Source of the DNA: Felis catus
Taxonomy: Eukaryota
DNA: 64,000 nt
Direction: 5' to 3'
Assembly (NCBI RefSeq): GCF_018350175.1
Contig: NC_058373.1
Span: forward strand, 74,338,001-74,402,000
The notes beneath the pieces are model-generated. The model saw nothing but the letters and a program-made list of their open reading frames with translations, ran no database searches and was not told where the DNA came from. How positions within the stretch are numbered: position 1 is the first letter of the stretch; each line of letters starts with the position of its first letter. A program made the position numbers and the translations under genes. Below are positions 12,601 to 25,755 of the stretch, piece after piece.

Positions 12601-13288
12601 AAGCCATAAGAAGTGAAGGGACTTGCCCAAGCTGGGAAGTGGCAGAACCAAGGTTAGGGCTTTGGGGCCACAGCTTTTCCCTTCTACACTAAAAGAGGGG
12701 AGAGGAAGTGGCAGAAGTGGAGAGAACATTAAGAGGGGTCAAATTAAAGGGGGAGATGAATAATTAGCCTTAGGTAAAGGTTTGAGAAGGGAAGGAAGGA
12801 GGGCCCAGGGTGGGTCTGGGGGTCAGTCTGAGAGGTTGCGGCCCTCAAGTACTGGTCTAAGATTCCGAGTCAAACCGCTTGAATCTAGAAGACTTACCTC
12901 CTGAAAAAGATTTTGCCTGAAGATATCCACCTGCACAGAGAGCAGTACCCGGATGTTGGTTAAGGGTCTCAGTTGTCAAGAGTAAGATCCCACCCACAAA
13001 GGGATGCCCTCCAACTTGGCTCAGGCCTTTCCTACCACAAGCCAGATTTCCCTGGAAGCTCATGCTCAGTGCAGAGACTGGTCAGAGGACAGGAATCTGG
13101 GAATCCCCCGGCAGAAGTGAAAGCACTAAGAAAAGGTTGGGGGAGTTCTCTGGCACGGCCTTGGTCCCCTGGAGCACCCAGACTGGCCTCCAGCCAGGAG
13201 GGCTCCCCGACCCTTTCCTGGCTTCCCGATCCCCCATTACCTGTTTGCGGGCTTCCCCGCTCAGGCGCACCCCACAAGGCTTGGCCAT
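9697..13288 (-). CDS. PSME2: Proteasome activator PA28 beta, 11 coding exons, 239 aa
   Basis: Exons 13288-13241, 12930-12898, 12482-12420, 12183-12097, 11992-11962, 11875-11778, 10762-10694, 10537-10470, 10307-10253, 9955-9869, 9777-9697 total 720 nt. [16 protein letters not shown]...[17 protein letters not shown]...KGEEKPSMY*. Confidence 0.97.
10925..11338 (+). mobile_element. Two tandem CAN-SINEs inside a MIR-like sequence in a PSME2 intron
   Basis: Heads near 10927 and 11120; aatcttcacagcagtctt is duplicated on both sides (about 10908 and 11336). Confidence 0.85.
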
Positions 13289-14405
13289 GCTGCTCCAGTT
13301 GCAAGATCTCCGGTCTCCCGGCTCTCTGCCCGGCCTTTCGCTTTCACTCCGCACGTCCAGGCCCGCCCCCCTCGGCCCCGCCCCCTTCCTTCTTTTCCCC
13401 CTCCCTCTGGCAGTCTGCAAACTGTAGGGAGCCCCTCAGTCATTCTCAGCCTGCTGCGACTAGTAAAGGCGGTACGGACTCGGTCACAAGCCCAGGGGCT
13501 GTCCGAGGGAGGGGTTAGTATAAAAGTGGGACCGCGGAGACAGTACCGGGGCTGTCCCTCGGAGAAGGGGAGGGGCTTGCAGGGAAGGGCAAGGGCGGTC
13601 CGGGGAAAATCCAGGGTTGAGGTGGGATGGGTAGGAGTGGGGAAAAGGGGGTGTTCAGTGGTGGGGCTCCCTCTAGAAGGCTCAACTGCAAGGAGGGCCC
13701 AGAGAGGGATCAGGATGGGAGAAGTGGGAGGGCGGGCCTGGGGCTGAAAAGGGAGGGATAGCAGGATATAGAAGGGAGCAGTCTCGGGGGATTCCTCCGG
13801 GAGGGTTCCCTGCCTTGAAGGGCGGCTGGAGAAAGGGCAGGACTCGCTTGAGTGGGGCCCAGACCGGCCAGAGTGGAGTCCCTACAGAGTGGGGCTTTCC
13901 CGGTGGGGACCAGAGCAAAGCCGACTGGTCTAAATAGAGAAGGCTTTGAGGGAAATAAGGTAACCCCTCGCCTAGGGCTACCCGGAAAGGGGAGGAACCA
14001 GCCTAGAGGAAGGCGGGGAGGGGCGCTAGTTTGGAATTTAAGGTCGAGATGCTCTGGGGGCGGAGTCAGGGACCATTTGCCCTTTTCATTGGCTGGGACC
14101 TGACTTCCCTCCTGCTCACGCCCCCTGATTTCCTGACCCCAGCCTGTCCTAAACTTAAACCCCTCCCCTTCCCCTGAAACCAGGTTGCAATCCCGCCCTC
14201 TTTGCTAGTACTTCCTGTTCCCGACTAACACTGGCGCGGAGCCCGGGGCCGAAGAGTGACCGTGGCCTGAGTGACCTGCGGTGGCTTCGTCGACCTAGTC
14301 AGGCCACGAAGCCCGACACCGGGCGGGAGGGGCAGCGCTCAGGCAGCGCACAGCCTGCGCCAGGTCCTGGCGGGCGGCGGGGCTGGGGCTGACTCCTGTC
14401 TCAGG
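13040..14405. promoter_or_regulatory. PSME2/RNF31 divergent promoter with IRF-E/ISRE and NF-kB motifs
   Basis: Start codons about 1.1 kb apart, head to head. AGTGAAAGCGAAAG (minus) 13335-13348; GGGAATCCCC 13099-13108; GGGGCTTTCC 13891-13900; GC boxes. Confidence 0.75.
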
Positions 14406-17400
14406 ATGCCGGGGGAGGAGGAGGAGAGGGCCTTCCTGGCGGCCCGCGAGGAGCTGGCGAGCGCCCTGAGGAAGGATTCCGGGCAGGTGTTTTCCCTGGA
14501 GCAACTCCAGCCGCTACTGGTCACGTCTTTACCGCCAGCAGCCCGTTACCTGCAGCTGGACGCCGCACGCCTGGTCCGCTGCAATGCTCTTGGGGAGGTG
14601 AGGCCCGGCCCCCGCTCGGGAGGGGGACGTAGGACTTGAGGCCTGGGCGGGGCTCACAGCTCTCCGCTCTCTGACTGCTCCCAGCCCCGAAACTACCTCA
14701 ACACCCTGTCCACGGCCCTGAACATCCTGGAGAAATACGGCCGCAACCTCCTCAGCCCTCAGCGGCCCCGGTACTGGCGCGGGGTCAAGTTTAATAACCC
14801 TGTCTTTCGCAGTACGGTGGATGCTGTTCAGGTGAAGCCCCTGGGCCCCTTATGGGAGAAAGGGACTTGGCCTGGTCTGGGGGGGTTGGTAAGAAAGGGC
14901 CTGACGCTGTGCTTAATGGGGAGGGCTCCAGCCCTAGTGGGAAGGGGGCCTGCCTGGTGGTGACTGGTTTGAATGTGTGGTAGGGGGGCCGGGATGTTCT
15001 GCGATTATACGGCTACACTGAGGAGCAGCCAGATGGGTTGAGTTTCCCTGAGGGGCAGAAGGAGCCAGATGAGCATCAAGTTGCTACAGTCACACTGGAA
15101 GTACTGCTGCTTCGGACAGAGCTCAGCCTGTTGTTACAGGTGAGATGTTGAGGTGTCTCTAGTCCTGAGGACTTAAACACCAGGCCTGGGGAGCCCAGCC
15201 TAACTCCACAAGCAGTCTTGCGGACCCTCATGCTGCTGAACCATGGGCATAGTCCACATAGCAACCTGGAAACTCCCCATACTCTTCTTCCTGTGGATGT
15301 TGGGAGACCAGGGCTTTGAGGGAGGACCTTGTCCTAGGGCTCTAGGTGGGAACTCTTCTTACCTTGTTTGCAGAATACTCACCCAAGACAACAAGCACTG
15401 GAGCAGCTGCTAGAAGAAAAGGTTGAAGATGATGTAAAAAAGGTAGGGATGGGGCTCTTAAGACCTGACGAACAAAGGGGATAGGGGTTGTGGGACTGTG
15501 TGTCCCCAAACTCTTGCCCATTCCCTGCCCTTTATTTCTCAGATACTGAAGCTCTCCGAGTTTGCCCCCTTGCTGAGAGAGATTGCTCCTGGCCCCCTCA
15601 ACACGCCCTCTGCCCCAGGTATTATTCATCCTGTAATGGGAGGTGGGGGGCAGTTTCTAGTAGACCATATTGATGGAAATTTGGGGCCCTCCTCTGTTTA
15701 TCCTTTTTGCCTTTAAAAAGAGATTAAAATTGTTTCCTTGGGTCTGGATATGTTGAATAGTAGTCTGTAATTTGTTCCCTTCAGCAAATTCAGATTAACT
15801 TGGTCTCTTTCAAAAGGATGTTCAGTTTTTCCTCTCCTGTTCTCCAGGCTCCACTCCTGGTCCCTGCTTCCTTTGTGGCTCTGCGCCAGGCACGCTGCAC
15901 TGTTCAACTTGTAAACAGGCCTTGTGCCCGGCTTGTGATCGTCTATTCCATGGACACCCATCCCGTGCCCATCACCTCCGCCAGACCCTGCCTGGGGCCT
16001 CACAGACCACCTGCCTGACCCCCAGGTAAGAGATCTTCTCTTCTGAGTGGGAATGAAGTTAAGAGAACTTAGAATTACTTATGTACTATGTGTCAGTTTC
16101 TCTGCTAAAAGCTGCTTCATAGAAGGCAGTTAGTTACTGCTTTGCAAGAGGTCACAGACATACATATGAAGCAAGTAGCAGTCACAGCCAGATGTTGTGC
16201 AAATAGGTAGGAAGAGGAGGAACCTAGCCTAAAGGATCAGCTCAATCAGTAGGATTTTAAGCACCTAGTGTGGGTCAGGCCCTATGTTAGGGGGATAGCT
16301 ATCACAAGATATGAACTTTAAGATATAATTTTTTTTTTAAGTTTATTTATTTTGAGAGAGCACAAACAGGTGAGGGACAGAGAGAGAGGGAGAGAAAGAG
16401 AGAATCTCAAGCAGGCTCCATGCTGTCAACACAGAGCCCAACACGGTGCTCAAACTCACAGACTGTGAGCCAAAATCAAGAGTCCGAGGCTCAACCAACT
16501 GAGCCACCCAGGTGCCCCTAAGATATAATTAAATGTTGAACAGTCTATGGGTATGGAGCATTCCAGACAGAGAACAACATGCACAAAGGACAGGGCTTGT
16601 ATTGTCACACAGAGAATGAGGGATGCCTAGGAATAAGGGACCCAGGCACCAGGGCCCCCTCAGCAGACCATCTCTGCTTTTTCGTTACAGCTTACCTGCC
16701 TCAGCATCACCACGGCCTCAGTCAGCCTCCTTGCTGGCCCTGGGAGACAGCTCTCTCGTGCTTCCCCTGAAAGCTTCCTCTGATCCTGCAAATGCCCGCC
16801 TGCCCTGGCACTGTGCTGCCTGTGCCATGCTAAATGAATCTTGGGCAGTGCTCTGTGTGGCCTGTGATCGGCCCCGAGGCTGTAAGGGGTTGGGGCTGAC
16901 AATGGAGGGTTCCCAAGGAGCTGGGGGCCTAGAATCTGAACTTGCACGGGGTCGGTGGGCCTGCCAAAGCTGCACCTTTGAGAATGAGGCGGCAGCTGTG
17001 CTGTGTGCCATATGTGAGCGACCTCGGCTGGCTCAGCCTCCTAGCTTGGTGGTGGATTCTCGGGATACTGGCATTTGCCTGCAGCCCCTTCAGGTAACCT
17101 GTTCCTGGCCTTCCCAGCCGTCCCCGTTCTTTATTTGCACCTGTTACCACAGGCCATTCTCGACTTCTTCATCTCCTGTTTTCCTTCAGTTCTTCTGAAT
17201 CTTCCACCCTCCCCCCTCCTAAACCTGTCTGTATTTCCATCTTGAGCCTCAACCGGCTTTCAATTGGATAATTCTTTTTGCCTTCCCAGCAGGGGGATAC
17301 TTTGCTCTCCTCTGCCCAGAGTCCAGTCTGGTACTGTATCCACTGTACCTTCTGCAACTCTGGCCCTGGCTGGGTGTGTGCTATGTGCAATCGGACCAGC

Positions 17401-20400
17401 AGCCCCATCCCAGTACCGCACGCCCCCCAGCCCCAGGCCAGCTCTTTGGAAGAGCAACTCCCTGAGCCAGGGCCTCCACGACGCCTCAGTGCCCCCCTGC
17501 CCAGTTCCTGTGGGGACCCTGAGAAGCAGCGTCAAGACAAGATGCGTGAGGAAGGTCTCCAACTAGTGATCAAGATCCGGGTGAGGATTTGGGCCTGGGA
17601 TGAGGTAGGGTTGAACTAATGGGGGAAAGGAGGGGCTGCAGTTGATTAATACAAGTTCTTGTAAACCTAGTCATTAGCAGCAGCTGCCTCTTATTGAACA
17701 CCGCCCGTATGCTGTGCGGTGCTCACGTGATCCATATGTCTGAGCTCAACCACTGTCAGCATTTTGGTTTGGGCTGAGGGTGGGTGGAAGGTGCCCTTCC
17801 TGATGGGCCATCTGTCTGGGTGGGACTGTGCCTTAGGAAGGGGAAGCTGCAGGTGCCTGTCCAGAGGAGGTTTTCTCGGCTCTACAGTACTCAGGCACTG
17901 AGGTGCCCCTGCAGTGGTTGCGCTCAGAGCTGCCCTACGTGCTGGAGATGGTGGCCGAGCTGGCTGCACAGCAGGACCCGGGCCTGGGTGCCTTTTCCTG
18001 TCAGGAAGCCCGGAAAGCCTGGTTGGATCGTCATGGCAATCTTGATGAAGCTGTGGAAGAGTGTGTGAGGGCCCGGCGCAGGAAGGTACCGGCTGTGCTG
18101 ACAGGGCAGGCAGGGTTGTGGGTCTCAGAGCCTCTCACACTCTCTTGCTTGCCATTTCCCTCTTCACTCCTTCTCTCTACCCCCAACTTTCAGGTGCAGG
18201 AGCTCCGGTCCCTGGGCTTTGGGCCTGAAGAGGGGTCTCTTCAAGCATTGTTCCAACATGGTGGTGATGTGGCACGGGCCCTGACTGAGCTACAGCGCCA
18301 GCGCCTAGAGCCCTTCCATCAGCGTCTCTGGGACAAGGGCCCTGATCCCACCCCTTCCTGGGATGGGCCAGACAAGCAGGTGCTGGGAGGAGGTGAAGAA
18401 TCCACTTAGAGGAGCCGGGGAAAGGCCCAGGGGTAGGACTCCTGGGGCCTGACAGCCACTTCTTCCCTCTCCACCTGAATCACCTTGCAGAGTCTGGTCA
18501 GACGGCTTTTGGCAGTCTATGCGCTCCCCAGCTGGGGTCGGGCAGAATTGGCACTGTCACTGCTGCAGGAGACACCCAGGAACTATGAGCTGGGCGATGT
18601 GGTGGAAGCTGTGAGGCACAGCCAGGACCGGGCCTTCCTGCGCCGCTTGCTGGCCCAGGAGTGTGCTGTGTGTGGCTGGACACTGCCTCGCAACCGGGTA
18701 AGCCTCTTCCCTCTGGGACGGCCTTAGAATGACTCTTCCCTTTGGGCCCTGCTCCACTTCTCTTGTCCCCCCTGTCTCTTGTCCTGTCTTTTGCTCTGCA
18801 GTTGCCCATGTGCTCCCAGCAGTTTCTAGGAAGGGGAGGGCAGGAATAGGCTACCTCCCGCCCCCCCCCCCACTTTTTTTTTTTTTTTTTTTTTACTATT
18901 CCACTATAGGAAGTTTCATACGTAGAATAGTATATTTCTTCTCCGTGCCCACCCCCCCGCCCCCATGTATCATTACTAAGATTCTGCAATTATCAGTGTA
19001 TGGCCAGTCTTTATTCCACTTACACAGAAGATTATTTTGAAACAACTCTTACAGTCTATTTATAAATACTTCAGTATATATTTCTGAAAGGTAAAAGTCT
19101 TTGAAAACATACCCACAGATACCATTGGCACACCAAAAAAAATTACCAATAATTTTTTTAATTACCAATTTATTTATGCTGGCTTTGTGTGTTTTTTGTT
19201 ATCGTTTTACTCTTTTTTTTCTTTCTTAAAAAAATTTTGTTTTTAAAGTTTACTAATGAATCTTGAGAGAAAGGCAGGGGGTGCCAAGAGAGGAGAGAGA
19301 GAATCCCATTGTCAGTGCAGAGCCCGATGCAGGGTGAAGTCAAGGGTGATGAGCTGAAGTCAAGAGTTGGATACTTTGGGGCACCTGGGTGGCTCAGTCG
19401 GTTAAGCATCTGACTTTGGCTCAGGTCATGATCTCACAGTTCATGAGTTTGAGCCGCGCATCGGGCTCTGTGCTGACAGCTCGGAGCCTGGAGCCTACTT
19501 CGGATTCTGTGTCTCCCTCTCTCTGACCCTCCCCCGTTCATGCTCTGTCTCTGTCCCAAAAATAAATAAACTATAAATAAATAAAATAAAAAATTAAAAA
19601 AAAAAAAAAAGAGTCGGATACTTAACCAAATGAGCCACCCAGGCATCCCTTTACTCTTTATTTTAAAATAATTGTAGAGGTGCCTGGGCTGGCTCAGTTG
19701 GTTAGGCATCCGACTTTGGCTCAGGTCATGATCTTGTGGTTGGTGTGTGTCAGGTTGGTGGGTGCTGACAGCTCGGAGCCTGGAGCCTGCTTTGGATCTG
19801 TGTCTCCCTCTCTCTCTGCCCCTCCCCTGCTCGTGCTCTGTCTCTCTCAGAAATAAATATTTAAAACAATAATAATAAAATAAAATAATTGTAGATCCAC
19901 AGGAAGTTGTAAAAATAGTAGAGTCCTGTGTGTGTGTGTTTTAATAATTTATTTTTTAATTTATATCCAAGGTAGCATATAGCGCAACAATGATTTCAGG
20001 AATAGATTCCTTAATGCCCCTTACCCATTTAGCCCATCCCCCCTCCCCGCAACCCCTCCAGTAACCCTCAATTTGTTCTCCATATTTAAGAGTCTCTTAC
20101 GTTTTGTCCCTCTCCCTGTTATATTATTTTTGCTTCCCTTCCCTTATGCTCATCTGTTCTGTATCTTAAAGTCCTCATATGAGTGAAGTCATATGATATT
20201 TNNNNNNNNNNNNNNNNNNNNNNNNNNNNNNNNNNNNNNNNNNNNNNNNNNNNNNNNNNNNNNNNNNNNNNNNNNNNNNNNNNNNNNNNNNNNNNNNNNN
20301 NNNNNNNNNNNNNNNNNNNNNNNNNNNNNNNNNNNNNNNNNNNNNNNNNNNNNNNNNNNNNNNTTTCCATACCTTGGGTGTTGTTGATGGTGCTGCTATA

Positions 20401-23400
20401 AACATTGGAGTGCATGTGCCCCTTTGAAACAGCATACCTGTATCCCTTGGATAAATACCTAGTAGTGCAATTGCTGGGTCATAGGGTGGTTCTATTTTTA
20501 ATTTTTTGAGGAAACTTCATACTGTTTTCCAGAGTGGCTGCACCAGTCTGCATTCCCACCAGCAGTGCAAAGAGATCCTCTTTCTCTGCATCCTCTCTAA
20601 CATCTGTTATTGCCTGAGTTGTTAATGTTAGCCATTCTGGTAGGTTGAGNNNNNNNNNNNNNNNNNNNNNNNNNNNNNNNNNNNNNNNNNNNNNNNNNNN
20701 NNNNNNNNNNNNNNNNNNNNNNNNNNNNNNNNNNNNNNNNNNNNNNNNNNNNNNNNNNNNNNNNNNNNNNNNNNNNNNNNNNNNNNNNGAGTTTGATAAG
20801 TTCTTTATAGATTTTGGATACTAACCCTTTATCTGAATTGTCATTTGCAAATATCTTCTCCCATTCCATCGGTTGCCTTTAAGTTTTGCTGATTGTTTCC
20901 TTCACTGTGCAAAAACTTTTCATTTTGATGAGGTCCCAATAGTTCATTATTTCCCAAGTCCTGTGNNNNNNNNNNNNNNNNNNNNNNNNNNNNNNNNNNN
21001 NNNNNNNNNNNNNNNNNNNNNNNNNNNNNNNNNNNNNNNNNNNNNNNNNNNNNNNNNNNNNNNNNNNNNNNNNNNNNNNNNNNNNNNNNNNNNGTACTGT
21101 ATCAAGACCAGGAAATAAACATTGGCACAATGTTAGCAAGATTGCAGATCTTGTTCATTTTTCACATGGATGTGTGAGTGTGGCTCTGCAGTTTTATTCC
21201 ACTTACAGGTTCATGTAACCACTGAGACACAGATTGTTCCATCACCACAAAGGAACTCCCTCATGCAACCTCTTTATAGTTGTAACTTTCTTCCCTTTCT
21301 CCTATCACCTGACAATATCTAGCCTGTTCTCCATCTGTATGGTTTTGTCAGTTCAGAAATGTTATTTGTTTGTTTCCTTTTAATTGAATGTGAATGCCTT
21401 TGGAGGGCAGTCTTCCATTTACTTTAGGCCTCACCATTCTCTTTTCTTCCAACTAATGACAGTCTTTAGACATTTGGATTGCCTGCCAGGCACTTGTTGG
21501 CATTAAGGGTTGCTACCTTGCCCGGTTGTTAATTAGACCCTGGTTTCTCAGTGGACACCTGGCTAATGCCTCTTCCCCAGTCTGGCGGCTATGGCTTCAG
21601 ACCCCCTCCTCTCCNNNNNNNNNNNNNNNNNNNNNNNNNNNNNNNNNNNNNNNNNNNNNNNNNNNNNNNNNNNNNNNNNNNNNNNNNNNNNNNNNNNNNN
21701 NNNNNNNNNNNNNNNNNNNNNNNNNNNNNNNNNNNNNNNNNNNNNNNNNNNNNNNNNNNNNNNNNNNNNNNNNNNNNNNNNNNNNNNNNNNNNNNNNNNN
21801 NNNNNNNNNNCAGTCCCTAGGACTTGGGGTGCCCTGGGCTTTGAACAGGAACCCTGCCCATCCACCACTTCTGCATCCTGTCCTCAGCTTCGGGAGAGCC
21901 TGGAGCCAGATGCCTATGCACTATTTCACAAGAAGCTGACTGAGGGTGTGCTGATGCGAGACCCCAAGTTCTTGTGGTGTGCCCAAGTAAGTGGCCTACC
22001 CAGGGCAGCTGACTGGAGGGATGGAGGAGGGATGGAGGTGCCAGGTCAGGCCTGAGATAGCTTTATGCTCTTGCACCCACAGTGCTCCTTTGGCTTCATA
22101 TATGAACGAGAGCAGCTGGAGGCGACATGTCCCCAGTGTCACCAGACCTTCTGTGTGCGCTGTAAGCGCCAGGTGAGGCACATTCATCCTTTCAGAAATA
22201 ACTTGCTAAAGCTGCTAGCAGGTCCTATGTCAGACTTGGGGTGTGCTGAAGCACAGAACAGACATGAACTCCGGGCTCAAAGAGCTTACAGACTCCAGGA
22301 AAGGAGGGAGGGAGGCTGAGGAGGAGGGGCAGTGAAAGAAAGGTAAGGTAAAGGAGGAAGGAAGGGAGAGAGCATAAGTACACGTGGCATTAAATTCTAC
22401 AAAGAAAACACAGGACTCTGAGATTAGGAATAACAGAATGGACCTACTTAGGATGGAGAGGTCACACTGGTCTTCTCTCAAATGGTTTAATTTAAGCTCA
22501 GGCCTGAAAGTTAAGAAGAAGCCAATTATGCAAAGGATATTCAGGACAAAAAGAGCAACACATGGAAAGGCCAAAGTCAGAAAAAGTGGTGTGTGGTTGG
22601 AGCCCCAAGATCAAGGGTGAGAGTGGTGGGTGGTCAGGAGCTAGCTGCCAGATCAGGAGAGGCCATGGGGCCAAGTGAGAAAGGTATTTGCCTTTTATTC
22701 TAAGACGAAGCTAGGGGTGATACTCTTTCATTTACCTGTTAAAAAGTTTAATATCTGAAAAAAGTTTAATATTTGAGTGCTCACTTTGGCAGCACATATT
22801 CTAAAAAGTTTAATGTTTGATACCAAAAAGTTCTATTACAAAACACGTTAATAAAATGAACACCTGAGACCCTACCACTAGACCTCAAGACTAGAACACT
22901 CCAAAAAAACCCCAAACAAACCACACACGCAACTAGAACACTCCCAGTACTGCTGAAGCTGCCTGCCTTACACTCTGAAAGACATTTTGGCTGCAGGGTG
23001 GAGCATGCACCATAGGGGAGCAGGAATGGAGGAAGAGAGACCACTAATTGAGGCAACACCTGACCTGGCCTGGAGTAGAATGGCCAGAGGAGGGATGAAG
23101 AAAAAGGGGACAGGGTTGAGATAGGCCTGGGTGGTGGGAATAAGACCTGCCGGTGAACATGTGCTGGTATGAGGAGGCCAAAGAACCAAGGCTGGCCCCT
23201 CAGTTTGAGATTGGAGCAAATGGTGAATGGCAGTGCCATAAACGAAGCCAGGGACCTCTAGATCTGAGGGCAGGGGTGGCCCTTAAGAAGGGCCCGGGGT
23301 GGGGTTTTCATGTGAAGCTTGCTTTCCCTCCTGCAGTGGGAGGAGCAGCACCGAGGCCGGAGCTGTGAGGATTTCCAGAACTGGAAACGCACCAACGACC

Positions 23401-25755
23401 CAGAGTACCAGGCCCAGGGCCTGGCCATGTATCTTCAGGAGAACGGCATTGGTAAGGTTGTCCTGTTAGGCCTGTGTGCCTACTCATATGTCACTGCCAG
23501 TGGCTCTCTTCCTGAGGACCTTGCGGAGCAGTGACAGCCCCAGCCCTGACCTGCTGTACCTTACAGATTGCCCCAAGTGCAAGTTCTCGTACGCTCTGGC
23601 CCGAGGAGGCTGCATGCACTTTCACTGCACCCAGTGCCGCCACCAGTTCTGCAGTGGCTGCTACAATGCCTTTTACGCCAAGAATGTGAGCCCAGAGAAT
23701 GGGGGTGGAAGGGATAGAAGGGTGGGAGGCTGCTACTGGGTGTGAGGGGCAAAGACATTGAGGAGTCGCCTAGGGGAAGAGAAGAGGAAGCCAATGGGGT
23801 GTAAAGCACCTCTCTCTGTCCCCTCTCCCCTTTCGCTTGCTCCAGACCCTCCAATGTCTCCATCTTCCCCCATCCCTACACCCCTCATGCAGGGGTTCTG
23901 AGAAGCCAGGACCCCAACAGTCTCCAACTTCCTCTCTCCCATCTGGGTTTCCGCCAGAAATGTCCAGACCCTAACTGCAGGGTGAAAAAGTCCCTACATG
24001 GCCACCACCCACGAGACTGCCTCTTCTACCTGCGGGACTGGACTGCTCTCCGGCTCCAGAAGCTGCTACAGGTCAGGGGTGGCCAGCCTGGCTGGGTTTG
24101 TGAGTTGCCCAGGGTAGGAGGCAGGGCTCAGGGTGGCAAGAAAGGAAAGGTTCTGTGCTGGGAAATTCAGTGGGCTGGCATCAAGGGGATCCTAATGCCC
24201 ATCCATCTGCCCCTCCTCAGGACAATAATGTCATGTTCAACACAGAGCCCCCAGCAGGAGCCCGGGCAGTTCCTGGTGGTGAGTGTCAGGACAAGCCTTG
24301 GAAAAGGGGTGAGGGTGGGCTGGGCTTCGACTGTATGGTGGGTAAAGGGGACAGTTGGGTCTGTGGTCAGAGTCCATCCTGTGCTTACTTGTGGGCTTCT
24401 TAGCGAGTTAACCTCTCTGGACCTTGTTTCTTCCTCTGTGACATGGGAGTAATATCTCCTTTGCAGCTAAGCTATTTTACCTGGGGGCCTAGCAGTTGAT
24501 ACTAATTTTCTTCTCCCATTCCCAAAGGATGATGATTCATTAGTTAAGCAGTATTTAATGAGACTTGCTAGTTGCACTGTTTTAGGTTCCATGAGGGTGA
24601 CAGAAAGATGTTACATATGGTTCTAACCTACCCCACCTCTTATTTCCATAAAGTAAGACCTTCACAGACTAAGTTAACTGGGCAAGAGCTAAATCGCAAC
24701 CAGAAGAGTTGTCCCAAGAGAGTATGTGATAATAAAAAAAAAGAGAGGAGTATGTGATTATGGACCCAAAGCAAGCCTAGATAAAAGCAGGGCCAGCAAG
24801 GCCCCTGCTTCTGTTATCAGACTTGGTCTGTTGCGATGGTATCTCTAAGTGCATCCCTCCCCACCACTACCACTGTTAAAGCAGTCCCTTCCCTGGAGGC
24901 TGCCTCCCATGCCTCCATTGATACCCCAGTTCTCTCGGGGCTTTGTGGTCAGTGACCTCCTCTCAACAAAAGGGTCCCTTCCTTCCCTTACCCTTAGGTG
25001 GCTGCCGAGTGATGGAGCAGAAGGAGGTTCCTAATGGGTTCCGGGATGAAGCCTGTGGCAAGGAGACTCCAGCTGGCCATGCTGGCCTTTGCCAGTGAGT
25101 ATCAGCAGGAGCATAGTGTTGGGCGGGGCGGTGTTGAGGGGCGGTGCGGGACGTGCAGGAGGGCTGAGGATACACATGGGTAGTAAAGGAGGTCTCTGGG
25201 AGTAGTAGGTCCTGCTGGGAAAGTGAGGGAAGGGCTCTCTGGGCAAGGGCATGGCTGGGTAATAGCAGGCAGTGTGCACAGGGGGACAGTGCCTACAAGT
25301 GCAACTGGGAAGAGTTGTCAGTCTTGTTCGTCTGAGTATGCCAGTGCCCAGCAAGGTGTTGGGCACACTCAGTTAATACTAGCCAAATGGAAGAACAAAT
25401 ATTCCATCCTGTCATCTCCCCAGGGCACACTACAAAGAGTATCTTGTGAGTCTCATCAATGCCCACTCACTGGACCCAGCCACCCTGTATGAGGTGGAGG
25501 AGCTGGAGACGGCTGCTGAGCGCTACCTGCATGTGCGCCCTCAGCCAGCAGCTGGGGAAGATGCCCCTGCCTACCACGCCCGCCTGTTACAGGTAAGGCT
25601 TCCCTCCAGCCTCGCCTCTGACCCCACACTCTAGAAAGAAGTCCCTTGTCCAGCTTGTGTCTGAGTTTTAAACTTCCAGTATCATCTCTCTCCTTCTGCA
25701 GAAGCTGATGGAAGAAGTGCCCTTGGGACAAAGTATCCCTCGCAGGAGGAAGTAG
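14406..25755 (+). CDS. RNF31: RBR E3 ubiquitin ligase HOIP (LUBAC catalytic subunit), 21 exons
   Basis: Exons 14406-14597, 14685-14831, 14984-15139, 15374-15433, 15543-15618, 15848-16025, 16691-17093, 17290-17580, 17837-18085, 18194-18379, 18491-18697, [RING1 exon inferred inside N-run 21615-21810], 21888-21986, 22083-22172, 23337-23451, 23567-23685, 23958-24071, 24221-24278, 24998-25094, 25424-25592, 25702-25755. PUB, B-box, ZF/NZF fingers ([20 protein letters not shown]), UBA, IBR, RING2 with catalytic [19 protein letters not shown] 25819-25824. Confidence 0.96.
16331..16518 (-). mobile_element. CAN-SINE with 12-bp target-site duplication
   Basis: taagatataatt at 16319-16330 and 16519-16530. 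Confidence 0.85.
19230..19885. mobile_element. Cluster of nested and tandem CAN-SINEs in RNF31 intron 11
   Basis: A minus copy is split by a plus copy (19377 to about 19608, TSD aagagt(t/c)ggatactt); a further plus copy spans about 19678-19885. Confidence 0.85.
19940..20965 (-). mobile_element. 5'-truncated carnivore L1 (ORF2 C-terminus and 3'UTR), partly N-masked
   Basis: Minus-strand peptides [48 protein letters not shown]. Confidence 0.9.
22777..22806 (+). pseudogene. 3'-truncated U6 snRNA retrocopy
   Basis: GTGCTCACTTTGGCAGCACATATTCTAAAA matches the U6 5' end GTGCTCGCTTCGGCAGCACATATACTAAAA (3 mismatches); flanked by 18-bp direct repeats at 22759-22776 and 22803-22820. Confidence 0.85.

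Noticed and set aside
21615-21810. Apparent loss of the RNF31 RING1 exon, and of exons in TM9SF1, EMC9 and IPO4
   Set aside because: The missing parts coincide with N-runs of suitable length and the flanking frames are intact, so this is masking, not gene loss.
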